DNA of 64,000 nucleotides from a virus: IMG/VR virus record IMGVR_UViG_3300045988_058566, positions 122,600 to 186,599 of that record; one strand, 5' to 3'. Shown piece by piece: positions 55,021 to 61,891 of this stretch (position 1 is its first letter; each line of letters starts with the position of its first letter). The notes under the pieces were generated by a model. It saw only the letters and a program-made list of their open reading frames with translations, ran no database searches and was not told where the DNA came from. The position numbers and the translations under genes were made by a program.

Positions 55021-55105
55021 GAATAGCAAATGAGAAACCTCCACGTGGTGCTATTTGGGTAATGCTAATTCTCATAAAATTAATATAGTCCAGATTATAA
55101 GCTAA

Positions 55106-55210
55106 TTAAATATGGCGGAATTGGTATACGGCGGTAGATTGACGGAAGCGCCTCTAAAGTCGTCATTAAATATTTCTTGAGGATTAAGGGTTCGAATCCC
55201 TTTATTTAAG
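55106..55210 (+). tRNA. aberrant 105-nt tRNA-like gene carrying a CTCTAAA heptamer in an oversized anticodon loop
   Basis: Acceptor ttaaata/tatttaa; Leu-type D-loop gaattggtata; T-arm aaggg ttcgaat ccctt. The anticodon stem tgacg/cgtca encloses a 16-nt loop gaagcgcCTCTAAAgt. Confidence 0.35.
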
Positions 55211-55288
55211 TTAGCTTGTCTGAACTACTAGATTACGACTAAATGGTTATTTAAATATTTAATGAGTATTTTAAACTCATATTTGAGC

Positions 55289-55321
55289 CTAATTTATTAG
55301 TTTGTGAAAATTGATAATTAG
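55289..55321 (+). repeat. conserved-loop hairpin, copy f (divergent)
   Basis: Stem ctaatt/aattag; loop contains ttagtttgtgaaaattga. Confidence 0.5.
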
Positions 55322-55364
55322 TTATTGTTTTCTCTGTTAGAAGACAGTTTGAATCAAAAATAGA

Positions 55365-55392
55365 CTCATATTGCTTGTGAAAGTAGTGTGAG
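55365..55392 (+). repeat. conserved-loop hairpin, copy g
   Basis: Stem ctcata/tgtgag, loop ttgcttgtgaaagtag. Confidence 0.6.
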
Positions 55393-55541
55393 CTTTAAAT
55401 AAGGCTATATAGCAATACTAGTATAAAAGCAGGTCCAGATGCTCAATCCCTGGAATAGGCTGTCTGACTGAATAGTATGGCAGTATGTGGTGGCACATAA
55501 TCAACTAACTAGGTTTATGTATTTAGTAAGCGTAAATACTT

Positions 55542-55558
55542 CTACGTGTGATTCGTAG
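55542..55558 (+). repeat. short variant hairpin, copy h (ends 2 nt before the tRNA)
   Basis: Stem ctacg/cgtag, loop tgtgatt. Confidence 0.45.
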
Positions 55559-55560
55559 TG

Positions 55561-55632
55561 GAATGCGTAGCTCAATTGGATAGAGCACCAGATATAATCT
55601 GGAGGTTGGCAGTTCGAGTCTGTCCGCATTTA
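55561..55632 (+). tRNA. tRNA-Ile(TAT)-like with an anticodon arm 2 nt too short
   Basis: gaatgcg ta gctc aattggata gagc a ccaga-tataa-tctgg aggtt ggcag ttcgagt ctgtc cgcattt a. The loop is only 5 nt, or 7 nt (atataat) on a 4-bp stem. Confidence 0.5.
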
Positions 55633-55679
55633 CTTTATTTCATTTTTAGGGTATAGTACCTAATTTTTTTCTAAGTTTC

Positions 55680-55709
55680 AGCAACTTGGTTTGTGAAGAT
55701 AAAGTTGTT
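55680..55709 (+). repeat. conserved-loop hairpin, copy i
   Basis: Stem agcaact/agttgtt, loop tggtttgtgaagataa. Confidence 0.65.
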
Positions 55710-55850
55710 AACTGTTTTGGTTACAAAATATATGCAAAAACTTTAATAAGTTAAGGCTCTTTAAAAGCCTAAATTACGTAGAACTAATCCAACGACGGAT
55801 TATTATCATAGAGGCACCGAGTTCTTATATATTCTTAGAAGTGCCTATTT

Positions 55851-55926
55851 GGGCTTGTAGTTCAATCGGTTAAAACGGGAGACTCATAATCTCTTATTCT
55901 CGGTTCAATCCCGGGCGAGCCCACCA
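55851..55926 (+). tRNA. tRNA-Met/Ile2 (CAT), elongator type, CCA encoded
   Basis: gggcttg ta gtt..aac g ggaga CT-CAT-AA tctct tatt ctcgg ttcaatc ccggg cgagccc a cca. Confidence 0.85.
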
Positions 55927-55953
55927 TTTCTTTTTATCATATTATTATTCTGA

Positions 55954-55984
55954 AGAGTCTAATTAGTTAATCTAGTTAGGCTCT
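55954..55984 (+). terminator. terminator hairpin closing the tRNA cluster
   Basis: 13-bp stem agagtctaattag/ctagttaggctct followed by tttatt. Confidence 0.65.
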
Positions 55985-56001
55985 TTTATTGTTTAATTAA
56001 A

Positions 56002-56013
56002 TAACACATTAAC
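56002..56013 (+). promoter_or_regulatory. TAACACATTAAC motif
   Basis: 2 nt before ATG 56016. Confidence 0.45.
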
Positions 56014-56015
56014 GT

Positions 56016-56333
56016 ATGAAAGATATAAGTAAAATTATTGATTCATTAAGTCCTGGAGAGCAAAATGTAATGTATAATGCTTTACAAAAGAAGCTTAATA
56101 AAGGTCCTGAATATACTATTAGAACAAATAGAACTGGATATTCTATTAAACTAAATGATAAATATGAGAATACTCAACAGGCAACTGTATGTAATCTTGT
56201 TTTTGAAACCCCTGAAATGGCTCGTTTAGCTTATGCTATTTATTTAAATACTCAGGATAGTTTAGTAGATATAATAGATAATATTAAATACGTGTTCAGA
56301 CTTCTCAATATTGATTCAGAATGGACAAAGTAG
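56016..56333 (+). CDS. hypothetical early protein (TAG stop)
   Basis: Intact 105-aa ORF preceded by TAACACATTAAC. Confidence 0.55.
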   Translation: MKDISKIIDSLSPGEQNVMYNALQKKLNKGPEYTIRTNRTGYSIKLNDKYENTQQATVCNLVFETPEMARLAYAIYLNTQDSLVDIIDNIKYVFRLLNIDSEWTK

Positions 56334-56539
56334 TATTACAGGTAAATGACATCTTTTCCCAAGCGTGGAAAGGGTGTCAGAAACCTATGTGGTTTAGAGT
56401 TCTTAATATAGATAGAATTACTAACAGCATAGAAGTAGAGTGTCATTCATTCAATGGTCTTACTGTGTTTCCTGAAATTTGGTCTTTAGATTCTACAGAA
56501 GCAGGATTTGAAATTGGTGATTATAAGTTAATTAAATAG
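56321..56539 (+). CDS. small protein, paralog pair member 1 (TAG stop)
   Basis: MDKVVLQVNDIF...EAGFEIGDYKLIK. Confidence 0.55.
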   Translation: MDKVVLQVNDIFSQAWKGCQKPMWFRVLNIDRITNSIEVECHSFNGLTVFPEIWSLDSTEAGFEIGDYKLIK

Positions 56540-56540
56540 T

Positions 56541-56750
56541 ATGGACAAAGTAAAGCTAAAAGTGGGTGATGTATTCACCCTCACTAAATCAAGTTCTTTA
56601 TATTATAGAATTTTAGAGTTAGATAAATCATCTAATTATGCTAAAATTGAATTAATATGTGCTTATGATGTAGATAACTGGGATGAGAATTGGACTTTAA
56701 GTTCTATTGAAGAAGGATTTAAAGAAGGAGACTATAAACTTGTTAAATAG
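56541..56750 (+). CDS. small protein, paralog pair member 2 (TAG stop)
   Basis: MDKVKLKVGDVF...EEGFKEGDYKLVK. Confidence 0.55.
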   Translation: MDKVKLKVGDVFTLTKSSSLYYRILELDKSSNYAKIELICAYDVDNWDENWTLSSIEEGFKEGDYKLVK

Positions 56751-56751
56751 A

Positions 56752-56937
56752 ATGATAGCATTTTTAATATTTACAGAAGGACTTATAATTATAATATTAA
56801 TCAGCAAAATAGTCCATTCTATACGTACTAGTCGTAATCCTAAAAAGGCTTTACGATTTTTGATTTTTCAAGTTATACTGATAATTATATTATCTGTATT
56901 ATATATAATAATATTCAATTATGTGTTGGATAGGTGA
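56752..56937 (+). CDS. small membrane protein
   Basis: ATG at 56752 (MIAFLIFTEGLIIIILI...), in frame with track ORF 56707..56937. Confidence 0.45.
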   Translation: MIAFLIFTEGLIIIILISKIVHSIRTSRNPKKALRFLIFQVILIIILSVLYIIIFNYVLDR

Positions 56938-57358
56938 TGATACAGCTATTAAAAAGATAGCTGAAAGAGACTTCTATGTCTATAAGATAGGAAGAGTTAT
57001 ATGGAATAGTATTTTTATTAGCGATGTTAGAGGATATCAATATGTTCCCAAAGTTCTCAATAGAATAGTCCCTTTAATAGCTTATAGTCCTTGTATAGGT
57101 GTTTATAGGATAGACGGAGGATATCACTCTTATAAATGGATAGCTCTAGATGACACTTATCCAAACGAAAGATGTTTATGTCTAGGTAATTATACTTCAG
57201 ATTTGAGAGAATATATAGAAGCATACAAGTTTTGTTGTATAGCTACGTTTATAGTTCCCAAAGGTGCTGAATACTTTGAAAATGAGTATGGACATATAGT
57301 ATCTTCCGAAATTATTTACACAGGTAAGTATTTAAGAATAAGTAATTTTAGAAAATAA
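56921..57358 (+). CDS. MCW-family paralog 1
   Basis: MCWIG...FYVYKIG...GGYHSY...ATFIVPKGAEY...IVSSEIIYTGKYL. Confidence 0.65.
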   Translation: MCWIGDDTAIKKIAERDFYVYKIGRVIWNSIFISDVRGYQYVPKVLNRIVPLIAYSPCIGVYRIDGGYHSYKWIALDDTYPNERCLCLGNYTSDLREYIEAYKFCCIATFIVPKGAEYFENEYGHIVSSEIIYTGKYLRISNFRK

Positions 57359-57360
57359 TT

Positions 57361-57792
57361 ATGTGTTGGATAGGTAAATGCGATGTAAAAATAGCTGAGC
57401 AAGATTTTTATGTTTATAAAATAGGTCATGTATCTGATAAAGGTTTTAATAGTTTATATCAAAACTTTATTTATATACCTGGAGTATTAAATGAAGAGGT
57501 TAAAATGAGCCCTATTATACATAATTATAATATACATGAATTAATGAAGGATTATTATGGAATGATATATGAAGGGTACCATTCTTATAAAGATATAGCT
57601 ATGCCTTACTCTGATTTACACTCGTATTCTAGAACAATTTATTTAGGTAAGATTGCAGAGGATATTAGATTACATAATACTTATTCTATTGCAACATTTA
57701 TTATACCTAAAGGTTCTGAATATTACGAGAACTGGGAAGAAGAAATAGTTTCTTCTAATATAATTTATACAGGTAAACATTTAAAACTATAA
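57361..57792 (+). CDS. MCW-family paralog 2
   Basis: MCWIG...FYVYKIG...EGYHSY...ATFIIPKGSEY...IVSSNIIYTGKHLKL. Confidence 0.65.
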   Translation: MCWIGKCDVKIAEQDFYVYKIGHVSDKGFNSLYQNFIYIPGVLNEEVKMSPIIHNYNIHELMKDYYGMIYEGYHSYKDIAMPYSDLHSYSRTIYLGKIAEDIRLHNTYSIATFIIPKGSEYYENWEEEIVSSNIIYTGKHLKL

Positions 57793-57796
57793 GACT

Positions 57797-58240
57797 ATGT
57801 GTTGGGTTGAAACTAAAAATAATATAAATGTTCAAATTGCTGATAAGGATTTTAAGGTTTATAAGATAGTATTAGATGCCAATAAACAATCTTGTAAGTC
57901 TAGTGTCAAAGGCTTTAATTATACAGTAGATACTCTGTGTAATATATCTACTATAGAATCTATAGTAATTGGTCCTTATTGTGAAAAAATCAAAATAGAA
58001 AAGGCATATCACAGTTATACTGGAATACATTTTATATGTGACTCTTCTTATTATATTCATAGTGGATTAACTAAATGTAAAGACTTGTTATTTGGAAAGC
58101 GAAGAATATGTATTCCCATTGAAAATGATGGTTATATAGCAACTTTTATAATTCCTAAAGGTTCTACGTATATTATAAATACTAAAGGTGAAATTATATC
58201 CGATAAAATCATTTATACGGGTAGATATATAAAATTATAA
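57797..58240 (+). CDS. MCW-family paralog 3
   Basis: MCWVE...FKVYKI...KAYHSY...ATFIIPKGSTY...IISDKIIYTGRYIKL. Confidence 0.65.
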   Translation: MCWVETKNNINVQIADKDFKVYKIVLDANKQSCKSSVKGFNYTVDTLCNISTIESIVIGPYCEKIKIEKAYHSYTGIHFICDSSYYIHSGLTKCKDLLFGKRRICIPIENDGYIATFIIPKGSTYIINTKGEIISDKIIYTGRYIKL

Positions 58241-58244
58241 GATT

Positions 58245-58682
58245 ATGTGTTGGGTTTGTGAAATTGAAAATTTAAAAATTCAAAAAGCTGAAAAAAATAT
58301 CAGGGTATATAAAGTAGTTACGAAAGCTACTAAGAAATCTTGTACATCTCCTTTTATGAAGTACACTTATTATCTAAAGGATACACCTCCTTCTTTAACT
58401 TTAGGAGTACTGATTGAACCTCATTCAAATTTTGCAAAAATTGCAGAAGGTTATTATAGTTATCCATCTGTGAATTTTGTATGTGATTCAGTAATGCTAA
58501 GTATTGACGGAAGATTATATAAAGCTATACAGTGTGGATATCATAAAGAAGCGATCGCAGTAAACAATTCTTTATATTTAGCCACATTTATAATTCCTGC
58601 AGGTTCTACATATGCTATAAATGAGGATGGTGTAATAGTATCTAGTATGATTAGATATACAGGTAAATATTTAAAGTTATGA
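58245..58682 (+). CDS. MCW-family paralog 4 (His replaced by Tyr)
   Basis: MCWVC...IRVYKV...EGYYSY...ATFIIPAGSTY...IVSSMIRYTGKYLKL. Confidence 0.65.
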   Translation: MCWVCEIENLKIQKAEKNIRVYKVVTKATKKSCTSPFMKYTYYLKDTPPSLTLGVLIEPHSNFAKIAEGYYSYPSVNFVCDSVMLSIDGRLYKAIQCGYHKEAIAVNNSLYLATFIIPAGSTYAINEDGVIVSSMIRYTGKYLKL

Positions 58683-58891
58683 AGAAAGCATTGTTAATTA
58701 TAGGGCTATTATTAACTGTTACTTTGGTTAATAGTTATAACTATCCTACTAGAGGTGGCACTAAAGCAAAAGCTTACTATTATAAAACTCTAGAGATTAT
58801 GTATGATTCTAAGAAAAGACCTCATAAAATAGTTATATACTCAGATGAGGGTATGGCAGCTATTGATTTAGACGCAAATACATATAAGTAA
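58679..58891 (+). CDS. small secreted or membrane-anchored protein
   Basis: Signal-peptide-like N-terminus MKKALLIIGLLLTVTLVNS. Confidence 0.5.
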   Translation: MKKALLIIGLLLTVTLVNSYNYPTRGGTKAKAYYYKTLEIMYDSKKRPHKIVIYSDEGMAAIDLDANTYK

Positions 58892-59109
58892 TGGGGTTAG
58901 GATTGCAAGCGATAGTTGCATTATTTATAGTTCTATCTTATTTATGGACAATATGGTGCTATGAGATGGCTAGAACTAATAAAGAGAAAAAGTTAATATT
59001 AATATCAAGTAGATATTTCTATATTCTTATATGGATGTCTGCTTGGTTTATTCAATTAATGGATCACAATACAATTATCTATTGGAGAATTGTAGAATTA
59101 TTCAAATAA
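58891..59109 (+). CDS. small membrane protein
   Basis: Intact 72-aa ORF with two hydrophobic helices. Confidence 0.5.
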   Translation: MGLGLQAIVALFIVLSYLWTIWCYEMARTNKEKKLILISSRYFYILIWMSAWFIQLMDHNTIIYWRIVELFK

Positions 59110-59116
59110 TAGTAAA

Positions 59117-59302
59117 ATGGCAAGAATATTTAAATGTAAGGGTATTCCTTATTATATTACAGGATGTTCTACTAAGTGGGTAGCCGCAGTTGTTGCAATT
59201 AAAAATCACTGGGGAGTTACTCCAGGCGACTTAATTGAGGTTGAATCTGTTGATGATACCGATGCTCATGTGGTAGATAAGTCTAAATTCTATCCTGAGT
59301 AA
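59117..59302 (+). CDS. hypothetical early protein
   Basis: Intact 61-aa ORF. Confidence 0.45.
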   Translation: MARIFKCKGIPYYITGCSTKWVAAVVAIKNHWGVTPGDLIEVESVDDTDAHVVDKSKFYPE

Positions 59303-59376
59303 TAAAACATTAATTGTTTAAGAGTTTGACTATTTAGTCAGCTAAGCTCTTTGTATTAATAATTTTAAATTAAATT

Positions 59377-59769
59377 ATGTGTTGGTCAAATTATATAGCA
59401 ACTCCAATTGTATTGAAGAAACCTTTAAGAGTTTATAAAGTAGGTACATTAACAACTTTAGGTGGCTTTAGAAGTTTATACCATAATTTTGTGTACCTCA
59501 AATCCAAAGTTGTGCCTACCGTAAAAATAAACCTTGAGTTTATAAAATACAATACTTTTAGTCCTTTGGATAAATCTTGGATGCACAATGCTTTTTGTAT
59601 AAATGAAGGTTATCATTCATATTTAACTAAAGAAATAGCTAAGTATAGAAGAAACATATACGAAGAAGTAGGAATATTTGAAATTCCATCGGGTGCTACT
59701 ATATATGTTAACTATAGATATGAAGAAGTAGTTAGTACTGATATTAAATATTTAGGGTTGTTAGAGTAG
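59377..59769 (+). CDS. MCW-family paralog 5 (TAG stop)
   Basis: MCWSN...LRVYKVG...EGYHSY...IFEIPSGATIY...VVSTDIKYLG. Confidence 0.6.
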   Translation: MCWSNYIATPIVLKKPLRVYKVGTLTTLGGFRSLYHNFVYLKSKVVPTVKINLEFIKYNTFSPLDKSWMHNAFCINEGYHSYLTKEIAKYRRNIYEEVGIFEIPSGATIYVNYRYEEVVSTDIKYLGLLE

Positions 59770-60045
59770 TAGAAATAACAAAATAAAAGAGAAGTTACCT
59801 ATGTAGTTGCAAATGCATAGGACAGGTGATAAGGCGAAAAGGTAACGTGATAATGATCAGGTGAACAGTCTTCTATTGTTAGCTATGTAATGTTTTAGCA
59901 AGTAAATAATAATAGATAGACTTAATACATCAAGTAGCCAAAGTACGTTCGATTCGTACTACTTCTCCAAAGTCTTTGATAGACTGAAATGCCAGGTTTC
60001 ATAGGAGTATATTAACCAATTAGTTAGTATGCTCCTTTTTATGTT

Positions 60046-60057
60046 TAACACATTAAC
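60046..60057 (+). promoter_or_regulatory. TAACACATTAAC motif
   Basis: 10 nt before ATG 60068. Confidence 0.45.
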
Positions 60058-60067
60058 AGAATTAATT

Positions 60068-60412
60068 ATGGATGAACAAGAAGCACTTAATCAAATTAAA
60101 GAATTGCAAAAGCAACGAACTTCATTAAAGAAGCAAGATACAGCTTTAGTACGTAAAATTACAGCATTGAGGGATAAACTATGGCTGTATAGTATCAAGA
60201 AAGAATACTATACTGATAATTATTGTTTATTCTGTAGAGTCTATGATATTAAAGGTGATAGTGTACTTGTATATGAGTTAGATTCTGCAGAACCATATCT
60301 CACAAAAGAAATTTATTCTCGTGCACACTTTAAAGAGACATATTGTAAAGAATGCACTAAAGAAGAGTATGACAATGCTCTAGATAAAATAGTTAATTAT
60401 TTCAAAGGTTAA
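60068..60412 (+). CDS. hypothetical coiled-coil protein
   Basis: Track ORF 60029..60412, trimmed to the ATG at 60068 (MDEQEALNQIKELQ...). This ATG lies 10 nt after TAACACATTAAC (60046-60057). Confidence 0.5.
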   Translation: MDEQEALNQIKELQKQRTSLKKQDTALVRKITALRDKLWLYSIKKEYYTDNYCLFCRVYDIKGDSVLVYELDSAEPYLTKEIYSRAHFKETYCKECTKEEYDNALDKIVNYFKG

Positions 60413-60416
60413 GCTT

Positions 60417-60878
60417 ATGTGTTTTCGGAAATCAAAGCAAAGTAAAGTATTAAGAGCTAAAAAAGATATAGTAGTTTATAAAATAGGTGACTTTGCTGAT
60501 GAGGATACTTTTACACCTTATTATATGAATAGTTTTACTTATAAAACTGGTATGCAGTGTCTAATATGTCCAGATTTTAAGAGTGACATTATAACAATAG
60601 GATTTCATGGATATATAAATATAATAGTAACTGCTACTAAGTCTCCCCAACTTCATGCAGTTATAAGAAAGAATATTAAACAGAAATCAGTAATTTCCAT
60701 ATATTCAACACTTCAAGATATACTCTATTTAGGTAAATTTATAATACCTAAAGGTGCAATTTACTGTGTTAATGAACTAAATGAGATCGTGTCTAATAAG
60801 ATTATTTACACTGGACAGTATGCTAGTGTGAGGGAAATTTCAGACGTTAATTTGAAAGAGCTATGGAAAGAAAAATAG
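60417..60878 (+). CDS. MCW-family paralog 6 (MCF variant, TAG stop)
   Basis: MCFRKS...IVVYKIG...IGFHGY...GKFIIPKGAIY...IVSNKIIYTGQY. Confidence 0.6.
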   Translation: MCFRKSKQSKVLRAKKDIVVYKIGDFADEDTFTPYYMNSFTYKTGMQCLICPDFKSDIITIGFHGYINIIVTATKSPQLHAVIRKNIKQKSVISIYSTLQDILYLGKFIIPKGAIYCVNELNEIVSNKIIYTGQYASVREISDVNLKELWKEK

Positions 60879-61489
60879 GTGAAGTATTTACTTATAATGG
60901 TAAAACTTATCAGGTGGTAAAATCTATTGTATGTACACATTGTGCATTTAGGGGTAAACTATGTGGTCTTATTGAACCATCTGCTGGTAATTGTATGCCT
61001 AGTAACAGATCAGATAAAACTAGTGTAATTTTTAAAGAAATAAATAATATGGAAATAAAAAATAATCAATTAACTATTGATATTCCTGAAGGAATGGAAA
61101 TAGATTTAGAAAATAGTGATTTAGCTAAAGGGATTATCAAATTTAGGAATAAATGGTTAACGATAGCAGAAATTGTTGCGTGTGAATATCTTAATTCATC
61201 TATTATTGTAAGTACATCAACTCGTAAGAAAATAATTGCAATAAGTAATCTTATGGATATTGCTAAATACTTTAATGGTAATTGGAAATATAAAGTTAAT
61301 AGCGGTGAACGTGGCTATATGATAGCTTATGATAATAGTATAAAAAAACCTTATTATAAAGTTAATACTATTTATCCCACTACTGATGTATATTATGGTA
61401 ATCCAATATTTAAAAATGAAGCTGATGCACAATATGTAATAGATAATCCTAATTTTAGAGATATTCTTGATGCTATTTATAAAAATTAA
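60863..61489 (+). CDS. hypothetical early protein
   Basis: Intact 208-aa ORF. Confidence 0.55.
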   Translation: MERKIGEVFTYNGKTYQVVKSIVCTHCAFRGKLCGLIEPSAGNCMPSNRSDKTSVIFKEINNMEIKNNQLTIDIPEGMEIDLENSDLAKGIIKFRNKWLTIAEIVACEYLNSSIIVSTSTRKKIIAISNLMDIAKYFNGNWKYKVNSGERGYMIAYDNSIKKPYYKVNTIYPTTDVYYGNPIFKNEADAQYVIDNPNFRDILDAIYKN

Positions 61490-61491
61490 TT

Positions 61492-61884
61492 ATGGAAACA
61501 TTACAAGAATTAAAGAGTAAATATAAGAAACTACAAGAAGAAAGTAATAATCTTTATAGCAGAATTAGAGCATTAGAAAAGAGAGATGCAATTTCTAAGT
61601 TTACTGTTGGTGATTGTTACTTAGATACAAGATGGAATGATTTAATAAAAATTGTTTCAATAAAAGATAATTACATATATTATATATGTTTAGGTGAAGC
61701 TTGTATCACTAGAGATAACTCTTATATATATGATATTGAAGATTGGGAGAAGATTACTTCTCACCAATTTAAAGATGCTTATCTTGCCACAATGAAGGAT
61801 ATTCGAGATCCAGACTTTGAAGAAGGACCAAAGTCTAATTGGAATAGAGTTTTAAACTCTATTATAAGTAGTCTTAATAAATAA
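61492..61884 (+). CDS. hypothetical early protein
   Basis: Intact 130-aa ORF. Confidence 0.55.
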   Translation: METLQELKSKYKKLQEESNNLYSRIRALEKRDAISKFTVGDCYLDTRWNDLIKIVSIKDNYIYYICLGEACITRDNSYIYDIEDWEKITSHQFKDAYLATMKDIRDPDFEEGPKSNWNRVLNSIISSLNK

Positions 61885-61891
61885 AAATAAT

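Noticed and set aside
51766-55075. Minus-strand track ORFs 51766..51966, 52534..52725, 53381..53563, 53588..53830 and 54821..55075
   Set aside because: They overlap well-formed plus-strand tRNA genes or the tRNA spacers, and are very unlikely to be coding.
51976-55709. Could the repeated hairpins be a CRISPR array?
   Set aside because: The conserved part is the loop, not a full direct repeat. The stems differ between copies, spacing is irregular (about 100 to 900 nt or more), and the intervening sequences are tRNA genes.
60029-60067. Longer start for gene 60029..60412
   Set aside because: The track start is a non-ATG codon inside the TAAC-motif region. The ATG at 60068 follows the motif at the same spacing as in other early genes.
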